Of a stretch of DNA of 64,000 nt, positions 34,845 through 47,500 are shown piece by piece. Positions within the stretch are counted from its first letter, which is position 1. Every line of letters starts with the position of its first letter. The translations under genes were made by a program, and so were the position numbers. The DNA comes from Heterodontus francisci (lineage: Eukaryota). The notes beneath the pieces were generated by a model. That model had not been told where the DNA came from, did not search any database, and was given only the letters and a program-made list of their open reading frames with translations. The stretch is taken from contig NC_090376.1 in the NCBI RefSeq assembly GCF_036365525.1, positions 57,934,559 through 57,998,558 of the forward strand. Direction: 5' to 3'.

Positions 34845-35694
34845 GGGCTGGATTTTCTGAGTGCGCCGCAGTTCGTGGCGGCTCACTCTGATGGCAGTGT
34901 GCATCCCGCACCGATGTGCCATACCTGAGCCCCTGCGCTAATGCACGCGGGGTCTGATTTAAATAGAGGGGGCAGAGTGGCCGCCCCCGATGAAGTAGAG
35001 GGGGCGTCCGCCATATCCTCGGCAACGGCATCCGACGCCACCACGCAGGCACCGGCACAATTTTTAAAGGGCTTTAAGCCCTTAGAAGTAAGTTTAATTT
35101 TTAAAGGTAAAATATTAGAATTTTTAAATTCTCAAATAATAAAGATATGGAGGCCCTTCCCCAACCCCCCAGCCAATGGTCATTTCAATGCCCGAAATGC
35201 AACAAAACCCTTGCCTTTTTCCCTACCCGATCTTTACCCTCAGTCTTCTAACTTTTGCCCTTCAACCCCTTCCCACCATCCCCACATCCAATAAAAAGTG
35301 ATTTCCCCACTCCCCCACCCCTCCCGCCCTGAAATTTTATTCCTCTCCCCTCCTCACCAGGTTCTCACCTCAGAACTCCGTACGGAGTTCCGAAGGCACG
35401 TGAAGGATGAAGGGCAGCTGTAAATTCAGTGTGGGATAGCTGCCGCCTGCAGGTAGGCTAATTTACATGTCTTTATTGTTCATTTGAATATGCATGTGAA
35501 GGGCCCGCTGCCAGGCGGCAGGGTGTGGGGGGGGGGCCGCACCGAGATCCCCCCACCACCGGTAATATGAAGCAGGCCCTTCTTGATGTCACTGGTCGAG
35601 GCGGGCCTCTCCCCACAGAATTTTACCAGCCCCCCTCCCCCACCCCCACCCCCACCCCCACCCATAGCATCAAGGGGCCGATAAAATTCAGCCC
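34845..35694. mobile_element. Harbinger/PIF MITE
   Basis: Termini GGGCTGGATTTT / AAAATTCAGCCC; CTT duplication at 34842-34844 and 35695-35697. Confidence 0.85.
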
Positions 35695-37674
35695 CTTGTA
35701 TTGTAAGAGTCACTTTTTTCAGTTCTTTCCATTCTTCTGAAGTCTTCTCAATTAAAGTCTTCTGTCTGATGATTTTGCAGATGATATTCACAATTTTATT
35801 TTAACATAAGCCTTCTCTATTCTTGATACAAAACAATGACAAATAACTGTAAACAATTAAAAAGGGCGAAAATAAAAAAAAACTGAAAAAATAAAGCCAA
35901 AAAAACCAAAACAAGCTTTAAAAAGATGGTAGAAAAAGGAAAGTAAAAGAATTCCCAAACACCATTTACTTGTTTAAGAACTCTATTATCCATGGAGATT
36001 CCCTTTTTGCCAACCCGTGATGGGGAAGCAGAGCAAACATCACTATCCTGTTTTAAAAGGTGGAAGGGCAAATTAGGATGGTCTGGGCTGCCTGCCAGAA
36101 CATTGTGCATTTTGCAAGTCAGACAGGAATCCAGTGAAAGGGCTTTCCTGCCTAAATTTCTGACTCTGCCGCATGTTTATGTGACTGAGTCCATCAACCA
36201 GAAATGTACTCCTCTGTTCCTCTGACAGGGAAAATTAGATATTGCAGCAGAAATTTACCACGTGATCACAGGAGGTCACAGTTTCCTAGGTTACACTTTG
36301 AAAAGCACAATCTTAAACGGACAAAGATTTTCTCATTGCACCTTATCCATGAAGCCTCACAACAAACCGCCATACAACAAAGGGATGTTTCTAAGTTCCC
36401 AAGGTTCAACTTAACTCATCTGTAAGCTGTGGCTAATTAGTGGTTTATTGGTAACTCAAATCTTACATAGATAACATCTGAAACTGACTTTCTCACATTT
36501 GATTTTCAATTCTAACCAGCTGCTCAGCAGTGATAACCTTCATTACTCTTCCTGGGCTGCATTTGAATTCTTAAGAGAATTAAGGCTAATAGTACAATGA
36601 CTGAATGGTGCTCAACTTACTGCTTCCTGCAGTGACACATAGGCATTTGTAAAATACTCATAATACATTGTTATGTGGGAGAAAAGCACAATCATTTATT
36701 GTAGTGCCACAGGCACTCATTCCTTTTCCATCTGCAATATCACATAATTTCTTGCAATAGCAAAGAAAACTGCAACCATTGTCCACTTAGTAAGAATGTA
36801 TACCACCTGAGTATCTGAAATAGACAGCCAAAAAAAAGGCACTAAAGTATGGCAAGAAGCAAAAGTAATAGAGCTCAAACGATCTCCATACTTTCCTGGA
36901 AGATGTATAAGAAGTGATACTGTGCCACCACTTCCACCTCCAAAACTGTAGACCAGTACGACAGAAGTTCAATTACTTGACTAAAACAGGCAGGGTAAGT
37001 CACTGGACACTCTCCAATTTTTTCTTTGGACACCCTGGGCACAGAACACATTCTTCACCCTCTAAAAGTAAACACTGCGTAACGAACCCTTCAGCATTCT
37101 AGTTGCAGGGACACTAACTCGAGATCTTAACGTATGCCACAAACTCCCCAACCACCCTATTCCCACTCCCCATCTACCCACTGCCCCATCCCAGGCATCA
37201 ACTTAGCCAAATCTATGTACACCTTGAAGAAGTTCTGCTCTTCTCTCAGACGGGATTTCCTTTTGTCTCTTTTACCTTGTTCACTTTCATTGCTTTCTAT
37301 TTCCCTTCTCGTATCTACCAAAACTTGCTTTCACTGCCACATCTCATTCCTCAGTAACGTTCTCCAGCTGTGACTTATTCCACGTGAATTCCAACTGAAA
37401 TTCTGCCCTTTCTGTTTCGGATCTACCCAGATATTTCCTAGACATTCAGCATTCCTCAAAGCTCTGTTCTCGCTGTGTCCTGAGATCCACTCTCAAGGCC
37501 GTGTGCCACCACGTGCACACTCTAGACCTCCCTCTTCAGCAGCACCAACTCACTCTATTTCAAAGCTGTCCTGGTCCAAAGTTTTATTTCATCCTTTGTC
37601 TGCTCCGACACTTTAATAAAAGACTTCTTTTCTTCCTTTCAGGTTTGAAGGATTGCAAGCTTCAGCAATGCTTA

Positions 37675-38107
37675 GTGGGAGATGGTGTAATAGTGGTAAT
37701 GTCACTGAACTAGTAATCCAGATGCCCAGACCAATGCCCTGGGGACACGGGTTCAAATCGCACCACGGCAGCTGGTGGAATTTAAATTCAATTAATTAAA
37801 TAAGTTCAATTAACTAATAAAAAAAGTCTGGAATTGAAAGTTAGTCTCTGTAATGGTGCCATGAAACTATCATTGATTGTCATAAAAACCCATTTGGTTC
37901 ACTAATGTCCTTTAGGGAAGGAAATCTGCTGTCCTTACCTGGTCTGGCCTACATGTGACTCCAGACCCATAGGAATGGGTCTCTTAACTGCAACTGCCTT
38001 CTGAAATAGCTTAGCATGCCACTTAGTTGTTTAGGGCAATTAGCGATGGGCAACAAATGCTGGCCTTGCCAGCAATGCCCACATCCCATGCAAGAATTTT
38101 TTAAAAA
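37675..38107 (+). mobile_element. tRNA-derived SINE sharing both ends with the Zenon-like LINE
   Basis: Degenerate A-box at ~37684-37697; B-box GGTTCAAATC at 37750. The body matches 16106-16401. The tail GGCAATTAG...GCCCACATCCCA matches 28132-28185. Confidence 0.85.
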
Positions 38108-39399
38108 TGACTCTGGATCTTTCCTCCCCTTCACTTCCATCTGACCCCCATCTCTTTTTCTAATTTTATCCTTGCTGTGTATTCACCATACCCTCTGACC
38201 TTCCCCTCTCTGACCCTGAAGAATTTGTTCTTAGCAAAGGCCTCAGCTTCATCTCCTTACCCTCCCACCTCAGTGAATTTCGAGCTCAGCATGATGCTGT
38301 GTTTGTCTGTAGCCTTCGCCTCCACACCCACATCTTTGACTAGGAGTCCTCCCTTTGCACAGGGGACCCGTTTACCCATCTCCAGTATTCTCCCTCCAAC
38401 TGGACCCCTCCCTCTGGCCTCTTACCCTCACGAACTTTTCATTGAGAACTGCTAGCACAACATCAGCCATCTCAATTTCTCTGCTCCCCTTACTCACTCA
38501 AACCTGTTTCCCTCTGAACTTGCTGCACTCTGTTCTCTCAGGTCCAACCTCAAACCTGCTGACAATGGCGGTGCTGTTGTTGTCTGGCGAACCGACCTCT
38601 ACCTTACAGAGGCCAAACACCTACTCTCTGACACTTCCTCCAACCTTCCCCTGGACCATGACTCCACTACCAAACATCAAGCCACCATCTCTAGGTCTAT
38701 AACTGACCTCATCTCCTCTGGAGTTCTTCCCTCCACAGCCTCTAACCCTGTACAGCTCGCTTCTACCTCCTTCCCAAGATCCACAAACAGGACTGCCCTA
38801 GCAGACCTATCATATCAGCCTGTTCTGGCCCCACTGAACTGATTTCTTCCTATCTCAATGCTATTTTTTCTCCCTTGTCCAGGCTCTCCCCACCTACATC
38901 TGTGACTGTTCTGATGCTCTCCAACACTTTAACAGTTTTGAATTTCCCCCATTAGGATGGTCTGAGGGCTCCGCTTCTTCCTTTAACAGAGGCCCTACCA
39001 GTCTCCATCCACCGCCTCCTTACTGAAGATGTTCTCACATTGAACCTTAACTCCACTCACTTCCTCCAAATAAAAGTGTTGCTATGGATACCCACTTGGG
39101 CTTAGCTTTGCCTTCCTTTTTGTGAGATATTATGAACGCTCTTTGTTCCAGTTCTAATCAGGCCCCCTCCATCACTTCTTTTTCTGGTCCGTTGATGACT
39201 GTATTGGTGTTATTTCCTGCTGTCAACCTGCGCTGGAAAATTTCATCAACTTTGGTTCTAATTTCCACTCTTCTCTCATCTTCACATGGTCCTCCCTTCC
39301 CATCCTCAACTTTTCTGTCTCCATTTCTGGGGGTAGGCTATCAATGAATATTCACTATAAGCCCACTGACTCCCACAACTACTTTGACCACACTTATTA

Positions 39400-40855
39400 A
39401 GAGTGAGAGAGAGTTATACAGCACAGAAACAGGCCCTTTGGCCCATCTTGTCCATGCCAACCATCAAGCACCTATCTATTCTAATCCCATTTTCTCGCAC
39501 TTGGCCCGTAGCCTTGTATGCTATGGCGTTTCAAGTGCTCATCTAGATATTTTTAAAATGTTGTCAGGGTTCCTGCCTCTACCACCCCTTCAGGCAGTGT
39601 GTTCCAGATTCCAACCACCCTTTGGTTAAAAAAAGGTTTCCCTCTAAACCTCCTGCCTCTTACCTTAAATTGATGACCCCTGGTTATTGACACCTCCGCT
39701 AAGGGAAAAAGTTTCTTCCTACCTACCCTATCTATGCCCCTCATAATTTTTTATACCTCAATCAGGTTTCCCCTCAGCCTTCTCTGCTCTAAGGAAAACA
39801 ACCCTATCCTATCCAGTCTCTCTTCATAGCTGAAATGCTCCAGCCCAGGCAACATCCAAGTGAATCTCCTCTGCACCCTCTCCAGTGCAACCACATCCTT
39901 CCTATAGTGTGGCGACCAGAACTGTACACAGTACTCCAGTTGTTGCCTAACTAGCGTTATATACAGCTCCATCATAACATCCCTGCTCTTATATTCTATG
40001 CCTCAGTTAATAAAGATAGGTATCCCATATGCCTTCCTAATCACCTTATCTACCTGTGCTGCTGCCTTCAGTGATCTATGGACAAGTACACCAAGATCCC
40101 TCTGACCCTCTGTACTTCCTAGGGTCCTACCACCCATTGTATATTCCCTTGCCTTGTTTGCCCTCCCAAAATGCATCACCTCACACTTCTCAGGATTAAA
40201 TTCCATTTGCCACTGCTCTGCCCATCTTACCAGCCCACCTATATCGTCCTGTAATCTAAGGTTTTCCTCCTCACTATTTACGACACCACCAATTTTCATG
40301 TCTGCAAACTTACTGATCATACCTCCCATATTCACGTCTAAATCATTAATTTACATTACAAACAGCAAGGGTCCCAGCACTGATCCCTGCAGTACACCAC
40401 TGGTCACAGGCTTCCAATCGCAAAAACAACCCTCGACCATCACCCTCTGCCTCCTGCCACTAAGCCAATTTTGGATCCAATCTGACAAATTGCCCTGGAT
40501 CCCATGGGCTCTTACCTTCTTAACCAATCTCCCATGCGGGACCTTATCAAAAACCTTACTGAAGTCCATGTAGACTACATCAACTGCTTTACCCTCATCT
40601 CAACATCTAGTCGCCTCCTCGACAAATTCAATCAAGTTAGTTAGACATGATCTCCCCCTGACAAAGCCATGCTGACTATCCTTGATTAATCCCTGCCTCT
40701 CCAAGTGGAGATTAATCCTGTCCCTCAGAAGCTTTTTCCAATAGTTTCCCTACCATTGATGTTAGACTCACTGGCCTCTAATGACCTGGTTTATCTGTGC
40801 TACTCTTCTTGAATAATGGTACCACATTCGCTGTCCTACAGTCCTCTGGCACCTT
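39400..40855 (-). mobile_element. 5'-truncated CR1 LINE
   Basis: ORFs 40351..40569 (DFSKVFDKVPH, QGSVLGP), 40003..40335, 39751..39975 and 39553..39744. Confidence 0.9.
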
Positions 40856-41965
40856 CCTCACACCCTGCTTTCTGTAAGGGCTCCATTCCATTCTCCCAGT
40901 ATCTCCATCTCTGTTGCATCTGTTCTGATGATGCAACATTGCAAACCAGCATTTTTGATATGTGTTCCTCTTTCCTCATCCAAAGATTCCCCCCACTGTG
41001 GTTGGCAGGGCCCTTGACCGGATCTGTCTCATTTCCCGTACTTATGCTCTCACGCCTTCCTCTCCCTCCCAGAACTGCAGTAGAGCTCCACTTGTCCTCA
41101 CCAACCTCCACCAACCACCCTACCAACTTCCACATTCAATGGACCATCCGCTGCCATTTCCGTCACCTCCATTGCAATGCCACCAGAAACACATCTTCCC
41201 CTCCCCTCACCTTTCAGCATTCTGAAGATATCATTCCCTCTGCAACACCCTGGCCCACTCCTCAACAACCCTCAACACCCCCTCCCCTTTCCATGCAACC
41301 GCAGGGCATGCAACACCTTTTACCTCCTCACTCATCACCATCCAAGGCCCCAAACACTCCTTCCAGGTGAAATAGCAATTTATGTATACTTCTTGCAATT
41401 TAGTATACTATGTTCACTGCTCACAATGTGGCCTACACATTGGTAGGGGAAACCAAATGTAGATTGGGAGACCACTTTGTTGAACACCTCTGTTCAGTCT
41501 ATAAGCATGACCAGAAGTTTCTGGTTGCCTGTCATTTTAATTCTTCACCTTGCTCGCACACTGACCTCTCTGTGCTCGGCCTTCTACAGAATTCCAATGA
41601 AGCTCAATGTAAACTTGAGGAACAGAACCTCACCTTCCAGACTCAACATTGAGTTCAACAAGTTCAGATCATAATCTCTGGTTCTATTTTGCTTCCTTTT
41701 TCTTTGCAGGTTTCAGTTTTCATCTTGTTTTTCCCTTATTTTTGCTTTTGGGCAGCAGTGTTTATCATTCTGCCATTCACACCTCCTGTAGACACATTTT
41801 TTGTTTCTTTACTTGTCCCATTGCCACTCCCTTTGACCCTGTATCACCAGCTCTTTTGTCATTTAATCTTTCTTGTCTTCCACCCTATCACAGACCTTCC
41901 ATTTTGTTTTTTCCCACCCTCCCCCTTTCACTTGCTTAAAACCTGTTACATTTCTAACTTTTCAC

Positions 41966-42002
41966 AGTTCTGATGAAAGATTATTGACCTGAAATGTTAA
42001 TT
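41966..42002 (+). ncRNA. Minimal hammerhead ribozyme motif (degenerate stem II)
   Basis: AGTT-CTGATGA-AAGATTATTGACCT-GAAA-TG-TT-AATT. Confidence 0.55.
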
Positions 42003-42737
42003 CTGTATTTTTTCTCCACAGTTGATGACCTACTGAGTATTTCCAGCATTTTCTGTTTTTATTTCAGATTTCCAGCATCTGCAGTATTTTGCTTTTGTCT
42101 ATGTACACTGTAGTTTTAATGTCCTTTCTATAATGGGGCTTCCAAAACCGCACACAGTAGTCTATGGCCTGATCATTTTTTGTGCAGATTTATCATTACT
42201 CTCATACTCTATGCCCCCATTTATAACACCCAAATTACCAATGGCCATTGTTATGGCTTTATCTACCTTGCAGGCAGACTTTCAGGGAATTAAATCATTT
42301 GATCACCTACGTCTCTCTGTTCATCCCCAGTTTTCAGTATCTTTCCATTAAGTGCATCTCCCATTATTTATTTTTCTCCAAAATTGTATCACCTCTCACT
42401 TATACATGTTAAGTTCCATCTGCCACATTCCACTAATCTGTCTATGGATTTTTACAATCCTTCTACCTTCTATCTGAGAACAAAAATGGGCCCAGTTCCC
42501 AGTGTCTTTTCTTTGTCAATGCATTGGCTAGAGGAAAACTTTGATTTAAACTGAGCCCTGCCAAATCCGGTGAACTTAATTTGGTTTTTACACAAGCTAT
42601 GTGACCTTTCTAATCACAAGCTGTATTAAGTGTTGGTTATTCAATGCCTTTCTATTGCCTGCAGCCTAGTGAATGACAAATATAATATGTTGTGTTGTTT
42701 CATTTGACTTTTAACCTTGATTTCATTTTGAATGTAG

Positions 42738-42945
42738 GCTATTGAAGGGAGATGAGAGCTTTAAGTTCACACCACGCTCCCGAAGTGACCTTCCAGAAAA
42801 CTTCCCAAAGGAAATTCATGGAATATGTTATTTTCTGGAGGCCAGTGTTTCCCCAAATTCATCAAGAATGATAAGCATGTCTGCTTGCACAAGGAAAAAG
42901 TCATACAATGTTGGGACTATGTTCCTTCGGGAGACTAGTTTATGA
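42738..42945 (+). CDS. GUCY1A2: Soluble guanylate cyclase alpha-2, last coding exon
   Basis: Acceptor TGTAG|G completes the CAG codon; LLKGDESFKFTPRSRSDLPENFPKEIHGICYFLE...SYNVGTMFLRETSL-TGA. The FLRETSL end is characteristic of alpha-2 rather than alpha-1. Confidence 0.95.
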
Positions 42946-43359
42946 GACGAAGTGTGTTTTGGAGAGTGGCTTGGGAGCACATCTTGCACATGCGGTGAGA
43001 AGGACAAGACATCACATACAGGGTTCCTTGATAGCTGAACACTTGCCTCAAAGCTGAATCTGGAAAAGTCAATTGAGAGACATGATAGATTTGTTCTATG
43101 TTAATTGATATCCTCATTTCTGATGAGGTGGGAAAAAAGCAAAGTTAGTAACATTCTGCTTTAAATAATTCAAGTACAACAAAACTGCTTTCAGCTATTT
43201 AAATGTATTAGTAGCAAACATACACAGGTGTATAAGTGTTATGTTGAGGTGAGATTTTTAGGTGCGTGTCACCTAACGAGGGAAGAACATGACATTAAAA
43301 TTAACATACTGTTTTATTCTCTATTGACATTTTACATCTGTGCTTGCTGCATTTGCTCG

Positions 43360-43765
43360 CGGTTAAGCAACGCCTCAATTTTGAAATTCCCACCCTTGTT
43401 TTCATATCCCTGCCTCGGCCCTCCCTATCTCTGTACTATCTCCCAGCCTTACAACCCTTTGAGATATCTGTGCTTCTCCAATTCTGGCCTCTTGAGCATC
43501 CCTAATTTTAGTTGCTCCGCCATTGGCGGCTGTGCCTTCAGCTGCCACAGCTCTAAACTCCTCACCTCCCTAAAACCTCCTCACCTCTCTTTCCTCCTTT
43601 AAGATGATCCTTAAAACCTACCTGTTTGGCCAAGCTTTTGGCCATCTGCCCAAATATCTCATGTGGCTCAGTGTCAGATTTTCTTCGATAATGCTCCTGT
43701 GAAGCACCGTGAGACATTTTGCTACATTAAAGATGCTACATAAATACAAATTGTTGTTGTCATTG
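43360..43765 (+). mobile_element. L2-type LINE 3' end
   Basis: Reverse-complement similar to 60650-61080; encodes remnants of FKI...GGCAFS; (TTG)n tail. Confidence 0.7.
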
Positions 43766-44174
43766 TTGTAGTAAATTTCCTTTGGTAAAAAGACATTAAT
43801 TAGAGACATGACCAACCAAATGGCCTCCTTCGATCCTGAAAACTTTTATGATTCTGTGTTCTGAGCTTTCTGATATATATAAATATAAAACATATATAAA
43901 AATAGTGTATAAAGCCATACTGTTATAGTCCATTAGAACAATTTTGGAAGGTTTGCCAAAAAATAAGTCATATAAACCATACAGACTTTTGTTTTCAAAG
44001 TGATAATCTAAAATATTTTTGTTCATAATACCTACAGTAGGGCAGTGGTTGTTTAAGGAATAAACAATATTTCTTTTCAGGGTTTTCAAAGAGAAAAGCA
44101 GTTTGGATTCAGAATAACCAGGGGCCATGCTGAATCCAAACTGATCCCACTCTGTTTCTTTGCACTAATTCAAC

Positions 44175-45025
44175 AACAATAATGACAAAATTCATTTATA
44201 TAGTATCTTTAATGTAAAAAATGTTTCAAAGCACTTCATATAGGTGCAATGAAAAAGAGAACGTCAAGCAAAAAATGAGTGATTACAAAGGTTGACTAAA
44301 GCTTGATCAAAGAAGCAGGTTGTATAAAGAATCTTATAGGTGAGGAGGAAGATTCATGAAGAGAATTCTGAAATGTGGAACCTGAATGGCTGAAGGCATG
44401 GCCACTAATGGTGGGGCAAGGGGTGAGGAGTGGACAAGAGGATAGAGTCAGAGAAAGGGAGACTTTTTGGAAGGAGCTTACAGGGCTTGAGTAGTTGATA
44501 GAGATAGGAAGAGGTGAAATCATAAAGGGATTTAAGCACAAGAATAAGAGTTTGAAATCTGAGGCCTTGGAGGATTGGGAGCTAATATGGGTCAGTGAGA
44601 ACAGGGGTGATTGTTGTGTAGGACTTGGCGTGGAATAGAATATGGACACCATGGTTTTGGATAAGCTGAAGTTTATGGAGGGTGGAAGATGGGAGGCTAG
44701 CCAGGAAACCATTGGAATAGCTGAGTGTGGAGGTAATAAAAGATGGAAGAGGATTCCAGCAGAAAATAGGCTGAGATAAGTGCAGAGATGGAAGTAGGCG
44801 ATCTTTAAGATGGAGAGAATATGAGGTTGGAATCTCACCTCAGGTTGAATAGGAATTAAAGTCAGCCTGAGACAGTGGCTATGGTGCGGAATGGAGCTGG
44901 TGGCAAGGAAATAGAGTTTGTGGTAAAGGCTGAAGATAATGGTTTTGATCTTCACAATATTTAACTGAAGGAAATTGAAGATCATCCAGGACAGGATGTT
45001 GGACAAGTTGCCTACCAACACAGAA
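44175..45025 (-). mobile_element. Old L2-type LINE 3' fragment
   Basis: Reverse strand reads LSNILSWMIFNFLQLNIVK...KIAYFHL...GHAFSH; (TTG)n-like tail near 44175. Confidence 0.7.
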
Positions 45026-46249
45026 AGAGTGACTATTAATATGAATTTGGATGAATCTTAATTTTAGTGGATGTGCAAATAAAATAGCAATGTGGATAGG
45101 CAAAGGAACAGACGATCTATTGTCCATGGGTGATGACGATTTTTGCATGTGGAAATTATTATTTTAATTACTTGCAGAAACTACTCTCTCTGATTTTTCT
45201 GGACTGTTTCCTCTCCTATCTGTTAGAACATGAAAAACAAACCTTCATTTTTAAACAGAGAAATTGAGAGAAGGGGAAAAGCCCATACTGCAGAAGATCA
45301 GCAAGCTTTAAAAGAGTAGGAGGGATTGATAAAGGAGTAGTAATTAATTGGTGACAAATCTGGGGTTTAAAAGCCTTTAGATTGTAGGAGGAAGGCAAGA
45401 CTGAGGGAGGTAAGAGGTTTCACAGCTTTGAGGTCTGCAAAAGAATGAATTTGCTTAGGAGACTGTGATACTTCTGGATTGTAACTTGGTGAGGTTACAG
45501 CAGTAGAAAGTACATATAGCATGGTGTATTGGGAGTGTAAAAGGAGAAAGAGGGTTACAGTTTGAAGGAGCAAGGATCATAGTAGTGTTGACATAACAGT
45601 GTAGAAACAAAAATGGTTGTTGTGGAGATAAAGTTAAGAGGATACAGATAACAGAGGGATTGCCTATCAGACAAGATGTGTCTTATGCATCCTGTTCAAG
45701 AGAATGAAAGAAGTGTTAGAAAAGCCTCCCCAGAAATAGATCTTACATGACCTTGGTCTTCATAGAAAGTTAAAAACAAGTGCAAATCTAAGTTTGCACC
45801 CAAAAGACTGGAGTCCTGGGTTTTAATTATTCAGAATGTTTTATTGTACTTTAAACTAGTAGAACAAGTTAAATATTTTATCTTGTACATTTTAGAAGAT
45901 AAAAACATGTTAATCAGTGACTTGTATCTATATGTCAATAGCATTTGCAATTTTATAAATTGTAAAAATATAGAATATATTTGATTGACATGGAACTTCA
46001 AAATATTCCTGTTTCCCAAATTTAGTGTGTCCTATCTGTTATTTTTGAACAACCATTTATATTTCTTCCGCTAAAACTCTGGTATCAAATTCTGCCAACA
46101 GCTTACAGTGAGTTTCAAATATCCCTACCAACATTTGTATGGTAACGTGGATGGCTGCTGAAGGCTTTCTTGTAATTCGTTAATCTCCTTTTCCCAAATG
46201 TTGACATTGCTTTTAAGTACACTACCTATTGAGTAAGTTACAGTTTAGA

Positions 46250-47500
46250 TCATAATAACAGGAGTAGATGTTTTAAACATTCGCACCAGTTCCACCAATC
46301 AGTTAGCTCATGGCTGATCTGTATTTTAATTATATTTACCTACCTTTGCTCCATATCCTTCAATACTCTTACCTAACAGAAACCTAGTCTTGAAAATTGC
46401 AATTGATCCAGCATCCACAACGATTTGGGGGATAAAGTTCCAGACATCCACAACCTTGAAAATGTGCTTCATGATTTCGCTCTTAATTGGCCTAAGTCTA
46501 AGTTTAATATTATGTGCCTATGTTCTGGATTCCCGCACCAGAGGAAATAATTTCTCTGTATCAAACCCAATCAAATCTCTTTACCATTTTAAAGAACTTA
46601 ATTAAATCATCCCGCAAACTGCTAAACTCTAGGAAATAAACACAAAGTTTATGCAACCCATTCTCATAATTTAACTCTTTAAGCCCTGGTATCATTCTGG
46701 TGAATCTGCACTGTATCCCCTTTAAGGTTATTTATATCCTTTCTGACGTTCAATGCCCAAAACTAAATGTAGTACTGACCAAGGATCTGTACAACTGAAG
46801 CACACTTGACCACTTTTAGACTCCAACCCAAATGAGATAAAGGTCAACATTCTGTTAGCCTCTTTGATTACTTTTTATACCTGTGCACTATCCTTTAGTG
46901 ATTTGTATACATGGACTCCTAAATCCTCCACAACTCCAAATCTCTCAACATTCAGAAAATATTCCCATTTGTTTTTCTGGGATGCAAAGTGGATGACCAC
47001 ATTTATCCCCATATTGAACTTCATCTGTCATAATTTTGCTTCCTTACTTAGTTTGTCTATGTCCCTTTGTAATCTCCTGCTTCCATCTATACAATTTACC
47101 ATGCCTCCTAACTTAGTGGCATCTAGTAACTTGGAAATACAACTCTCTATTCCTTCATGCAAGTCATCAATATATATGGTGAAAAACTGAAACCCCAGTA
47201 TAGATTTCTGGGGGACATCATTTGCCACATTCCATTAACCAGGATACATTTCCTTTATTCCTACTATCTGCCTCCTGCCTCGCAATCAATTACCAACCTA
47301 TGTCAAAAGGTTCCCTCCCATTCCTTAGTCTTTCATCTTTGCTAGCAATCTCTTGTGTGGAACCCTATCAAATGCCTTTCACGTCCATTTAGACAACATC
47401 CATCATGCTAGTGGCCGCCTCAAAAGATTCAACTATATTAGTCAGATATGACATACAATCACAAATCCATACGGCAGATACGTATCCAAGTACTCAGTCA
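46250..47500 (-). mobile_element. Old CR1 3' fragment
   Basis: ORF 47028..47228 (VPQKSILG...IYIDDL...LQRDIDKL); CR1 tail near 46250. Confidence 0.75.

Larger units (their letters stand above)
37255..42100 (+). mobile_element. Degraded near full-length Penelope-like retroelement (RT plus GIY-YIG), interrupted by a SINE and a CR1
   Basis: KPADNGGAVVVWRTDLY (~38553), FYLLPKIHKQDCPSRPIIS (~38760), NIHYKPTDSH (~39345), VYYVHCSQCGL...GETKCRLGDHFVEH (~41400-41490); hammerhead motif in the 3' region. Confidence 0.85.

Noticed and set aside
42738-42945. Assignment to GUCY1A1
   Set aside because: The C-terminal FLRETSL and the [18 protein letters not shown] signature match alpha-2.
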